A DNA stretch of 64,000 bases from Octopus sinensis (taxonomy: Eukaryota), in the NCBI RefSeq assembly GCF_006345805.1, contig NC_043005.1, forward strand, positions 77,252,001 through 77,316,000. Direction: 5' to 3'. This document shows positions 11,168-23,774 of the stretch, one piece after another; positions within the stretch are counted from its first letter, which is position 1, and each line of letters opens with the position of its first letter. The notes beneath the pieces are model-generated. The model saw only the letters and a program-made list of their open reading frames with translations, ran no database searches and was not told the DNA's origin. Made by a program: the position numbers and the translations under genes.

Positions 11168-11212
11168 ATTTTACATGTTTCGGTTCTTGAAAAAACGAAC
11201 CTTATCAAAAAT
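11168..11212 (-). ncRNA. Minimal type I hammerhead ribozyme, U3:A8 core variant
   Basis: Minus strand ATTT-TTGATAA-GGTTC(GTTTTTTCAA)GAACC-GAAA-C(AT)G-TA-AAAT: stem I 4 bp, stem II 5 bp perfect, palindromic stem III ACATGT, GUA cleavage triplet. Confidence 0.7.
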
Positions 11213-11365
11213 ACTATAAAAAGTGTAATGGAGAAGTTCATAATCGTTTCTTACTGGTCTTAATAGAATCCATGTTCTTGAAAAAACGAACCTTATCAAA
11301 AATATTATACAAAGTGAAAATTGAAAAGTTCATAATCGTTTCTTACTGTTCTCAATAGAATCCAT
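11183..11365. repeat. Two-copy ~91 bp tandem repeat overlapping the hammerhead
   Basis: 11183-11273 and 11274-11365 align with scattered substitutions. Confidence 0.9.
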
Positions 11366-12544
11366 GTGGTGGTGTTTTGTCGGTAGTTGGTATAATCGCT
11401 ATATTCCTGTTGAGTGTATTGAAGAAGTCCATTATTGTTTCTTGCTGGTATTAAAAGGAACCACTTTATTGTTACCTTGTGTTCCAATGGTAGCAACAGT
11501 AGTGATGTATATATATAACACAGTCTTCCCCACAGTTTCTGTCTACTGAATTATAAGGCATTGGGTGACTTGTGACTACTATAGAAGTCATGCGTATAGC
11601 ACCGCTTCAGGTCTGAACCGAAAGCCATTAAGCTGCAAACCATGCTTCTTAACCAGCCACCCATAGCGGCGACTACTTTGACTTTTTAAAAAAATTGTTG
11701 TAGTATGAATACAGAAGTCATGAATGGAACAACAGGCGCGATGTAATTTGGGAAAGGTGGATAGAAAAGATCTGTGTCAGCATATACGGACGACCTCCCT
11801 GTCATAGTATCGTATATGTTGGATATCGACGTACCTATTACAATACTGAGAGAAAAATACATGTTAATATAACATGAGCGTGCATTACCTAGGAAAATCG
11901 TGTTTGCAACTCTGTATTTTAGATAATAACTCTGCTTATCTGAACACGTCTTTTGAAATCAGTGAACTAAGACTCTCATAATAAAAAAAATGAATAATTA
12001 GCAAACATTATTTCATATCTTCTGTCACTCATAAGAAAAAGATCTCGCATAATAATAATAAAGCAAAAAAGAACTTATAAACCCTGAGCGGTTCTCACCC
12101 CTTAAAGAGAAACTTCACCCTCCCTTCTATTTCTTAGTAAACACTCTTTCTCTACCACTCTTACTTGGGTGGCAGCCAAGTAAGAGTCAGCCAAGTCAGT
12201 TAAATTTCTCATGAGTATCAAAATATTTAATCCTTTCACCGTGATAATAAATTGTGCATTTGGTTATGTTATTATCTAAGTGATAATCAAGAGAAGCTAC
12301 GATTCTCGCAGAAGGAAACAGACTGGTTAAACACACACTTTACACATACTCTCTCTAAGTGGAATAGTAAAAATGCACAAGTTTCTTCAAAACTATGATA
12401 TGCGAAAGTTATTGTTGTTACCAAGGAAATTTCAGCGATAGAAATTTTCTTTCTTTCTTTGAACATATTTAATTCTTTCTCGGAAATATTAAAAGACTCG
12501 ATGTAGCCTCGAGTCTAAACTTTTGAGGAGCTGTCATTCCATAA

Positions 12545-12759
12545 CTATTTAGTGTTTAAACCAGCCACATCTCGCCAAAATATTGCCGCTGTTTTATGTT
12601 CAAAACGGACAGATGCAGCCCTCACACCTACACTACAACATCATTCAAAAAAATTTATATAATCGGAATCTTAAAGCTATACGATAATGCATGATGAACT
12701 GACGAAAACTGTAACTAAATAAGCTATACATTTGATAGAATATATTGAATGCCAAAGGG
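12545..12759. mobile_element. piggyBac-like MITE, degenerate
   Basis: Right end GAATGCCAAAGGG followed by TTAA (12760-12763); left end degenerate TAAC-TATTTAGTGTT. Confidence 0.45.
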
Positions 12760-12769
12760 TTAAAGAATG

Positions 12770-12957
12770 ATATATGTGTGTGTGTGTGTTTGTGTCTGTG
12801 TATGTATATTGTATGAACATGTATGTATATATAATACACACACACACATACATATAAGCAGATTTATATACATGTAAGTGAACTTTTATATACGTATATA
12901 TGCATCTACACACAACAGACACATGCGCATATACCCATACATACATACATACATACA

Positions 12958-12991
<34 letters not shown>

Positions 12992-13183
12992 CATACATAC
13001 ATACATACATACATACATGCATACGTACGTACATACATATATATATATATGGATATACATTTGTATATATATATATATATATATGTGTGTAAATATATAT
13101 GTATATATATATACATACATATTTATATATACATATATATAAATAAATATATATATAAATATATATATATGCATATACATATA

Positions 13184-13238
<55 letters not shown>

Positions 13239-13250
13239 TATATATACACA
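12770..13250. repeat. (TG)n/(TACA)n/(TA)n compound microsatellite
   Basis: Direct reading. Confidence 0.95.
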
Positions 13251-13454
13251 TGCAGCTGGCTCGTCTGGGAATTTTAAACCAAATAAAAAAAATTTTGAAT
13301 TTACATAAGTAAACTGCTAATCAAAATCACGAATAGCCAGAAAACATTGATATCTAATTAGTGTGTACTCTGTTGATGCAATTACATGTTTTCTTAATTC
13401 GTAGACATTCTCAATAGAATCAATAAAATTTCTGCATTTTTTGTCATCTCTTAC

Positions 13455-13510
13455 CTTGTGTAGATTATGTAGAGCGTTCCAGTTATCTCACAGCCAGTAT
13501 GAGACACATA
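13455..13510 (-). CDS. Candidate 56 nt internal exon (YVSHTGCEITGTLYIIYT), product unknown
   Basis: Acceptor CTCGTTTACAG| and donor AAG|GTAAGA, one open frame, non-repetitive sequence; could be chance. Confidence 0.25.
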
Positions 13511-14289
13511 CTGTAAACGAGTAATTTGATGACACTGAGCTAACTACGTAATGTAATTTCGTAGAATATCTCTTCAGCTTTAACTCCTTTGAAATTCTAT
13601 TATCTGTACGTTAAGGGTGTTGGGATAAGCTAACGTGTGAACGCGTTAAGATTCAGATATCTATACGATCGCATCCGATGCTGTATTAGTTTCATGAGAA
13701 AATACGTTAATATGCTTTGTGACTGCGTAATGAAATTATATTTTCATTTAATTTGATAAGTAAATTTTACACTTTAGCAAACACTTATCGATATTTGATA
13801 TTTATCGCCATAAGTTTCATATACATTTTCAGGGCAGGGAACTATATTATATAATCAGGGGGATATATATGTGTGTGTGTGTGTGTGTGTGGTGTGTGTG
13901 TGTGTGTGTGCATGTATGTATCTATATATGTATATATATTGATATAGATATATACGTTGTAAGTATATATATATATATGTATATGTATGTATATACATTA
14001 TGAGTATTATATATATATATATAAATATATATATATATTATAGATATTATATATATTTACATATACATAAATATATATATATATACATGCATGTATAAAA
14101 AAATATTATGTATTATATATATATTGTATATGTTCTTATATATATATTTATATGTATATAAACATGTGCATACCCATACACGCATACATATATACATAAT
14201 AAGATAAAAAACAACAACAATAATAATGATAATGATAATAATAACAATGATAATAATGATGATGATGATAATAATAATAATTATAATAA

Positions 14290-14525
14290 AGAACAAGCTT
14301 TACATACTAAAGAGTAGCATTTATATGATATCAGCGCCATGTGTGAGTGGACAATGCGGTAAGCCATCTGAGACGCTTAGACATATAATTAGTGGAAGCT
14401 CAAAAATTAGTCGTAAAAATGTGTACAAACAACGACAGGACAAAATAGAATGTCACAATAAATGATACGAGCACCAACCTTTGCCGGTTGTAGGGAATGA
14501 TAAGGTGAAACTGACATGGGATATG
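14290..14525 (+). mobile_element. R4/Dong-clade remnant (CCHC region) following an (AAT)n tract
   Basis: CGKPSETLRHIISGSSKISRKNVYKQRQDK..YEHQPLPVVGNDKVKLTWDM. Confidence 0.7.
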
Positions 14526-14540
14526 TGGGATATGCCAATA

Positions 14541-14759
14541 CAGTTATCCCTCGCGGTTCACCTATCGCAGTTTATTATTTAAGCTTACGTCGATTTCTCC
14601 GTTGTGTTGTTTTGCATGCATAATAAACTAAATATACACAAATAGAAATAGTTTTTTTTTAAATATACAGTACAGTACTGTTTTTATTTCGCAGATTTTC
14701 ACCTATCGCCGGGGATGGTGGTTTGGAACGTAACACCCACGATAGTCGAGGGATTATTA
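14541..14759. mobile_element. pogo/Tigger-like MITE
   Basis: TA then CAGTTATCCCTCG at left, CGAGGGATTATT at right; internal repeated TTCACCTATCGC. Confidence 0.55.
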
Positions 14760-15169
14760 AATACACACACAAAAGGCTATAAAGTAACCGACCACATGTC
14801 ACTCTCCCCTGAAGGTGTCCAAAGAATGGACCTGTATCAACGTTGCTACGACTGCAGATTAAAATGGTGTTAAGATAGAGGACGAGGAACTCGGAAAGTG
14901 AGTGTGGTTATGTATTGCGATCGCTGCATTTGGGATCATCTCAAAAAGATTAATATTCTGGCATTAAACGCTGCCATACGAACCTTCTTATGAAGTACGA
15001 GCAAAACGCCCCCCGGCCGATGGACGGTGCTGAGTTGTCAAACATTTAAACCAAATGTTCTCAAAACAACTTGTCCGACCGTCCCATAGGCCTCCCCTTT
15101 GAGAAACACTGATTTAACCTAAATTTGAGACACCAGCAAAAGAAGAAATAAAGATATTTTTTTTTTACT

Positions 15170-15365
15170 ATTCCAAAGAAAAACTATTTGATTCACTTTA
15201 TCGATCGCATTCTCACCTGGAATCGATTTTTGTAATTTTTTCAAGACTTATACACGCCCTGATACCGTGGGTATCTACATATCAAATTTTAGCGCAATCG
15301 GATGGAGGATTCCCGAGATCCTAGAAGACACACAGACAGAAAGAACGGATTTTATATAATAGATT
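15170..15365 (+). mobile_element. Helentron/DINE-1-like 3' end
   Basis: CAAATTTTAGCGCAATCGG..GAGATC..CAGACAGA..TTTTATATAATAGAT layout recalls that class; weak. Confidence 0.3.
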
Positions 15366-16033
15366 CAGATTTGTTTACGTTCTGAGTTCAAATTCTCTTG
15401 AAGTCAACTTTTCCTTTCATCCTTGTAAGGATTGATAAATTCAGTACCAGTTAAGCACTGGTGTCGATGTAACCGACTTTCCCTGCTCCCAAAGTTGTTG
15501 GTTTTGGCCAAAATTTGACACCAATATTCCCATTCCCTTCCATATCCTTTATATTTGGTTCCGTACAGTAATTTCCTAAGTCTATTAATGTTTCAAGACT
15601 TTCATCACGATTTTGGTATTAAGTTGTTTCATGGAAATGATGTTTCAACTGATGAAAGTTTCATCCTCAGATTTAAGATTACGTAAAAGTTAATCCTAAA
15701 CATGCGCATTATAAAAGCTTTATAACGCTAATAATTTTTGTGGTTGTTCTTGAAAAAATATCACTTCCACCCTCGCACGCTGCAACGTTAAAAAAGCAAA
15801 CACACACTCTCACAAACTTTACTCCTCGCATGCTCACTCACAATCGCCACAATAATGTCTTCTTATCCATTTATTGGATTGTGCCTTTCCAAAGTTTGCT
15901 ACTCCTCCTGATGGTATTTTGGGTAACTACATTGTTGTTAGATCCAATTATCTTAAAAGAAAGGGACGTTCAACATATGAATTTCTTCAGGTCTTGGAAA
16001 AAGTAATATTAACCACTACGCCATATGCACACT

Positions 16034-16122
16034 GGCATATGGCGTAGTGGTTAAGAGCACGGGCTACTAAACCCAAGGTTCCGAGTTCAATTCCAAGCAG
16101 TGACCTGAACAACAACAACAAC

Positions 16123-16154
<32 letters not shown>

Positions 16155-16375
16155 CAACAACAATAACAATAATAATAATAATAATGATAATAACAACAAT
16201 AACGTAAACAACAACAACAACAACGACAACATCGAAAAATACCTTAGGAATGAAAACCCAAGCTCCTGATGGGTGCTGGAAAGTGTATCAGTCGAAACGT
16301 TGTGTTAACAACAAACAAGATGAGCACAAATATCCGTCAAATGTAAATAATGTAAATAATGTACATCATTCCTCA
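16034..16375 (+). mobile_element. SINE family E, second copy (A9 of the hammerhead core mutated)
   Basis: Same head, AAC/AAT tract and tail CTGATGG..CAGTC-GAAACGTT-GTGTT as 7346-7590. Confidence 0.75.
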
Positions 16376-16434
16376 TATTTTAAATATAGAACACACATAC
16401 ACACACACACATACACATACATATATATATATAT

Positions 16435-16470
<36 letters not shown>

Positions 16471-16578
16471 ATAGATAGATAGATAGAGACAGACAGATAG
16501 GTAAATACATACATAGACAGGGAGAGAGACAGACAGACAAACATACATACATACAGACAGGCAGACATATATATATAT

Positions 16579-16619
<41 letters not shown>

Positions 16620-16654
16620 TAGACAGACAGACAGATAGACAGACGGATACGCAC

Positions 16655-16815
16655 GATGGGCTTCCATAAAATTTCAGCTTATCAAATTTCCTTACATTAT
16701 GCTGATTGGACTGGTGTTGTAGCAGAAGACATTTGCCCAAGTCGCCGCTCGGTAGAACCGAACCGAAAACCATTTGGTGACAAAGCGAGCTTTTAAACCT
16801 CACAGCCATGCCTGT
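16655..16815 (-). mobile_element. SINE family A 5' half, degenerate
   Basis: Reverse complement of the family A head and core. Confidence 0.55.
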
Positions 16816-16844
16816 ATTTCTATATTATTCATGTAAGGCAGCGA

Positions 16845-17050
16845 GCTAGCAAAATTATTAGCACACAAGAAAAAATGCTTAGCGGAATGTCGTCAGTCTT
16901 CACCCTCCGAGTTCAAATCCCGCCGAGGTCCGCTTTACCTTTCATGTTTTCGGTGTCGATAAAATATGTACCAGTTGAATAGTGGGGTCGATTTAATCGA
17001 CTTACCCCGCCCCCAACATTGCAGGCCTTGTGTTAAAATTTGAAATCAAT
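16845..17050 (+). mobile_element. SINE family B
   Basis: AAGGCAGCGAGCTAGCA head and central domain. Confidence 0.7.
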
Positions 17051-17081
17051 ATGATGTACGTTTGTTTGTATCCCCTTCTTA

Positions 17082-17460
17082 GCACTCCGTCGGTTACGAC
17101 GATGAGGGTTCCGGTTGATCCGAATCAACGGAACAGCCTGCTCGTGAAATTAACGTGTAAGTGGCTGAGCACTCCACAGACACGTGTACCCTTAACGTAA
17201 TTCTCGGGGATATTCAGCGTGACACAGAGAGTGACAAGGCCGGCCCCTTGAAATACAGGTACAACAGAAACAGGAAGTAAGAGTGAGAGAAAGTTGTGGT
17301 GAAAGAGTACAGCAGGGATCACCACCATCCCCTACCGGAGCCTCGTGGAGCTTTTAGGTGTTTTCGCTCAATAAACACTCACAACGCTCGGTGTGGGAAT
17401 CGAAACCGCGATCCTATGACCGCGAGTCCACTGCTCTAACCACTGGGCCATTGCGCCTCC
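17082..17460 (-). mobile_element. SINE family C, full length (tRNA-Arg-like head, tail ending GTCGTAACCGACGGAGTGC)
   Basis: Reverse complement of 26926-27285. Confidence 0.9.
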
Positions 17461-17904
17461 ACGGTTTGTTTGTATCAATCATTGTAAATTCTACGAAAGA
17501 AATTTCGTTCTACAAGATACATTCCAAGCTTTATTCAATTCTGTCTTGTTTATTAAGCAGCACCTTGATGGAAAATATGAAAAAGATTATCTCACATCTA
17601 ATTTTAATGTTGCTGATTCTGATCTCACTTCCAAAACGAATCCGAAGAAAAATAGTTTTTGACGTTTATTTAATATTCTGTATAACACTTTTAACACACT
17701 TCAACATTTTCTATCATTCTTGACAAATTTATTATTATTTTTGCGTTTGCTTGGAACAGTATTTAGCTTTTGTTAACTACGTCTTTTTCTTTCTAAGCAT
17801 ATTGTGTTTATATTTGTGACTATGTCACTTAGAACTGATGTGTAGATATGAAGATATTCGCAACATATAACACTCACACTATCCCACTTCTCTCTCTTTC
17901 TCCC

Positions 17905-18535
<631 letters not shown>

Positions 18536-18556
18536 TATATATATATATACATATAC

Positions 18557-18596
<40 letters not shown>

Positions 18597-20967
18597 TATA
18601 TATATATGACGATGTGTTTATCTCTAAAGACGCTACTGCATCGGTTTCGGTGAATACGGTTCAGATGTTCAAGGAATTGAATTGCCTCCTCCTCTGTTAA
18701 CTTACAAATGCTCAAGAATACGAAGGGCACTCGACCCTTAACGCTATTGTATAGCAGAAAAAGCATGGCGTGGTGTGTGCCATGGCTGCATCAATGAATT
18801 CCTTGTACAAATGTCTGGTGAGTTTCAATACAGTTTCCCTCGACCAAATTTCTTTCACAAAGTATGGGTCGATACAGGGCTATGGAAAATAAAATTTTCT
18901 CATGATGAAAACAATCGGGATCAAACTTGCAACTTGTGGTTCCTAAGAAGGTGGGCGGTGATGGTGTAAGTATTGAACTGTGCGTCAGATGAATTATGCC
19001 TGGCCCTCAAAGACAAGTAGAACCTGACAGGTCTCCAACAATATAGTTTCTGCCTAATCAGTTTTATCTGTATGGCCTGGAACTTTCCGAGAGTAAAAAA
19101 CACTTGCCCATGATGTTTCGCAATTACAGAACCCAGAATTTGGTTGTGAAGAGACTTTTCAACCTGTGCCCATGTGTACATGCGTACCTATCTTTCCAGA
19201 ATAACTAACGAAAAATATTGTAATTTACTTGAAGCATTGAAAAATTGTGTGAATTATATAAATTTTGAAAGAAAAATGTACAATGGAAGTAAGTTCGGCA
19301 AACTATGTAAAGTAATGTTATTAAATGAAAAGAAAGCCAAGCTTTATTGTATTGTTGGTTCATGATCCTATAATATTTACCCTATAATATTTTGGGAAAG
19401 GTAAATCTTTTCAAATACAAGACATAAAATTAAGCTAGGAGTTCGAAGAAATGTTTTATTACGAGTAAGACAACTATAGTGTATTGTGATGAGGAGCTGT
19501 ATTTAACACTAAAGAATTCTTTTATTCTTTTATACTTTTGCTCGAGGAACTTCATTTAGAATAATAGATGATGTGTCAAATTGTATAAAGATTTTGCGGG
19601 TTTTAATCTATTTAAAGAGTTGATCTCTTGGCTCAGAAATCGGTGAACACGTTTTGCTGGCCGTAATGCTATTATAACAATTCTAAAGAAGATCTTTTCA
19701 TACTGACGGCACGGGGTCTGCTGCAAATTGTAACGGCCAATTCTCACAGAAATCACTGTTTTCAAAGAAAGGAAGACTGTAATGTCATGGCTGGAATGCA
19801 ACTGAATATATATTTCTATGCAGTTTCTTAGAAAATTTTGAGTCTTTCTGTAATTGTGTTCATCTTGAAGAAAACGAAACAATAATTTGGAACCAAAGAA
19901 GCTTCTACGTAGTCAATCGATCTGATAGTAATAGCGACAAAATCTCTCTCAGACCTTATCCTACCGTCTTAAAAAGGGAAACAAATACGGGATATCGTGG
20001 TCATGAATACTTATGACTGAATACAAGAGATACGTCTTGGATAGATCATTTGCAATAATATGTTTCTTCATTTAAGTCTTTCCTGGGGTTAAACAACAAA
20101 AATTCAAACCTTATTTTATATTGAGCGTTTTTCGTTTCCTTTTATTTTATTTATTCATGATATTTCAAACAATTATAAGCAAGAAGATAAAACAAAAAAC
20201 AGAATTTCACAGCTAACACACTGCTTTTTCGCCTACTGCTCCAGAAAGAATTGCAGAAAAGAAAATAATTGGCTGGAAATAAAGATTAAAATATTCATCA
20301 TTTTATCATTGAGATTTTTTTCCCGATAATTCAATAAAAGATAAAAACTATATTTTGCGTCTAAGTTGGTAATTCTTTCATTTCCGCTTGTTTTTTTTAT
20401 CTGAATCATATTGAACTACAAAATCACAAATTATTTACAAAGACATCAGTTTCTAATATTCCTTTGCCGTACAAACGTTTTCAATAAAAGCAAACAAGTT
20501 ATAAAAATAAAACTCTCATATTCTTTTACAGTTTTTTTCCCTAACAATTTTCAATCACTCCGGTATGGTTTTGTCCTTTTGTATACTAAAAGATAAATTG
20601 AACAATACAATATTTTTTTCATATTTATTTCACGAGAAATACCGATTCATTATTTCCCGCAGTTTAAAATACTTTTATCTAAAACCATCAATTCACTTGT
20701 GTGAGTGCGTGGGTATATTAAGCTTCTGTGGGAGCAAACATGAACATATATATATAAGAATTTTTTGCGTAATGAGGTAAAAACTAAGAACTAAGGGTGT
20801 GTAGATATTAGAACATTTATGTATGTATCTATCTATATATATATATATTTAGCAATTAAGGACAACTACTTAATAAGGAAAACTTAACAAGAAATTGTCA
20901 GGTAGATAGCGTAAAAACTCATAAGAGAAAAATTCGAAAATAATTATTTCTTATTGAACATATTAAT

Positions 20968-21099
20968 TTATATATAGAGGGCATTATACATACATGCCAG
21001 AAGGCATTATACATACATGCCAAACGCTAAGAGGGACAAGTCCCTCTTAGCGTTTGGCATGTATGTATAATGCTTCTGGCATGTATGTATAATGCCCTC

Positions 21100-21108
<9 letters not shown>
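20968..21108. repeat. Near-perfect palindrome, ~70 bp arms, 2 nt loop
   Basis: Centre GAGGGAC-AA-GTCCCTC; one 1 nt indel; each arm holds a duplicated GGCATTATACATACATGCC. Confidence 0.95.
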
Positions 21109-21143
<35 letters not shown>

Positions 21144-21149
<6 letters not shown>

Positions 21150-21963
21150 AAATACAAAATGGGACAAGTACACAAAACACCCGGACAACTAGATGATACA
21201 AAAGGGGACAACAATACATACACACATCCACACACACACATGTATGTATGTATGTGTATTTTTCAATGTGTAAAGATAACACAGAAAAAAAATAGTTACC
21301 AGGATAGCAAAAATTCAAGTAAGGGCCAAGGATGTTACTGCCTACTTATAATGGTAGAAGTTCCAGAGTTTAGTGAAATGTTTTTGCATTGCATAGATAA
21401 ATTAAGAAATGGAGTTAAACGCAAGTGTTATTCAAGTCTTTATACTTCCGACATGTTTCTAAGAAATCATTGGTATTATTCCTGAGGGAATATAATGATG
21501 TAAACCAATGTATCATCACACGTCAGGTGAAAAGAGAAACAAAACACATCAATAAGTCATTTTAACTGAATGATGTACGTATATATATGTGTGTGTGGGG
21601 TGTATGTATATATAATGGACTCTCCCGTCGTTAGACGACGTATCAGGGTTCAGCAATTTCTTAACGAACAACCACGCAGATGATTTGGATGATTTGTATA
21701 TAGTGATCGAATGTTTGTGTAGACATCAGCTCATTCCCTCCATCAGATCGACATCACCCGTACAAATGCAACTTGGTGCCACATGTCAGATGCCAAAATG
21801 ATTGCAGAGCAGAGCAACGTAAAATGAAGTGCTTTGCTCAAGAACACAACGCAACGCCCGGTCTAAGAATCGAAGCCACGCTCTGGCAATCGTGAGTGCA
21901 ACATCTTAACCACTAAGCCATACGCCTTCACACACACACACACACACACACCGACATATATAT

Positions 21964-22012
<49 letters not shown>

Positions 22013-22021
22013 ATATATATA

Positions 22022-22075
<54 letters not shown>

Positions 22076-22868
22076 AAATACAAAATGGGACAAGTACACA
22101 AAACACCCGGACAGCTAGATGATACAAAAGGGGACAACAATACATACACACATCCACACACACACATGTATGTATGTATGTATGTGTATTTTTCAATGTG
22201 TAAAGATAACACAGAAAAAAAATAGTTACCAGGATAGCAAAAATTCAAGTAAGGGCCAAGGATGTTACTGCCTACTTATAATGGTAGAAGTTCCAGAGTT
22301 TAGTGAAATGTTTTTGCATTGCATAGATAAATTAAGAAATGGAGTTAAACGCAAGTGTTATTCAAGTCTTTATACTTCCGACATGTTTCTAAGAAATCAT
22401 TGGTATTATTCCTGAGGGAATATAATGATGTAAACCAATGTAATCATCACGTCAGGTGAAAAGAGAAACAAAACACATCAATAAGTCATTTTAACTGAAT
22501 GATGTACGTATATATATGTGTGTGTGGGGTGTATGTATATATAATGGACTCTCCCGTCGTTAGACGACGTATCAGGGTTCAGCAATTTCTTAACGAACAA
22601 CCACGCAGATGATTTGTATATAGTGATCGAATGTTTGTGTAGACATCAGCTCATTCCCTCCATCAGATCGACATCACCCGTACAAATGCAACTTGGTGCC
22701 ACATGTCAGATGCCAAAATGATCGCAGAGCAGAGCAACGTAAAATGAAGTGCTTTGCTCAAGAACACAACGCAACGCCCGGTCTAAGAATCGAAGCCACG
22801 CTCTGGCAATCGTGAGTGCAACATCTTAACCACTAAGCCATACGCCTTCACACACACACACACCGACA
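21144..22868. repeat. Tandem duplication of ~800 bp (21144-21956 and 22070-22868) separated and flanked by (TA)n
   Basis: Copies nearly identical apart from microsatellite lengths and a few small changes. Confidence 0.95.
21690..21930 (-). mobile_element. SINE family D-like copy (duplicated at about 22625-22850)
   Basis: Minus-strand GGCGTATGGCTTAGTGGTTAAG head and GTTCTTGAGCAAAGCACTT core. Confidence 0.65.
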
Positions 22869-23049
22869 TATATATATATATATAATATATATATATACAC
22901 CCATACATACACACACATATACACACAAAGGAAGATATATATATATATAATCAAAGTGCCTAGCAGACTATCAGAGTTTGTTGTACACCGCTGATCACAA
23001 TACGATTCCTTGTATCGTTTTAGCTTTCGAATGATACCGCCACGCTAGC

Positions 23050-23400
23050 TAGGAGTCGATAAATTAAGTACCAGTTGCATACTGGGGTCAATCTAATCGA
23101 CTAGTCCCCTCCCCCAAAATTTCGGGCCTTCTGCCTAGAGTAGGGAAAATATTTAAAGGCAGCGAGCTGGCAGAATCATTAGCACGCTGGACGAGATACT
23201 TACTGGTATTTCACCCGTTGCTACCTTCTGAGTTCAAATTCCACCGAGGTCGACTTTGCCTTTCATTCTCTCGGGGTCGATGTAATAAATACCAATTATG
23301 CTCTGGGGTCGATGAAATAAGTACCAGTTACGCACTGGGTTCGATGAAATCGACTATACCCCTCCCCCAAATTTCAGGCTTTACGCCTACAGTAGAAAAG
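23050..23400 (+). mobile_element. SINE family B fragments
   Basis: GTCGATAAATTAAGTACCAG and GGCAGCGAGCTGGCAGAATC motifs. Confidence 0.75.
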
Positions 23401-23464
23401 TAAATAGGTAACACCTACTGTATAACAAATCCCTTATCAAACCTTCTATGCGATCGAAAACCGT

Positions 23465-23774
23465 GAAGGCTTTTGGCTCGGGTATTCGGTTCACGATCGT
23501 AAGGTCGTGAGTTCGATTCCTGGCGGTGCGTTGCGACCTTGAACAAGGCACTTTATTTCACGTTGCTCCAGTCCACCCAGCTAGTAAAATGACTTGTGCC
23601 TATAATTCAAATAGCCAATCTTGTTACATTCTGTGTCACGCTGAATTTCCCCGAGAACTACGTTAAGGGTGCACATGTCTGTGGAGTGCTCAGACACCTG
23701 CACGTTAATATCACAATGCAGACTCGCTTGTTGATTGTATTGACTGGAAACCCCGTCGTCGTAACCGACGGAGT
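23465..23774 (+). mobile_element. Chimeric SINE: family D-like head and core with the family C tail
   Basis: CCTTGAACAAGGCACTTTATTTCACGTTGCTCCAG followed by GTGTCACGCTGAAT..GTCGTAACCGACGGAG. Confidence 0.7.

Noticed and set aside
18610-19900. Coding-like unique sequence, including ORF 19556-19882, as a gene or PLE N-terminus
   Set aside because: No motif could be identified with confidence; probably decayed retroelement, needs a profile search.
21375-21475. GAAACATGTC with upstream CTGACG/TGATGA (minus strand) as a functional hammerhead
   Set aside because: Stem I and the base of stem II do not pair; kept only as a PLE-terminus-like resemblance.
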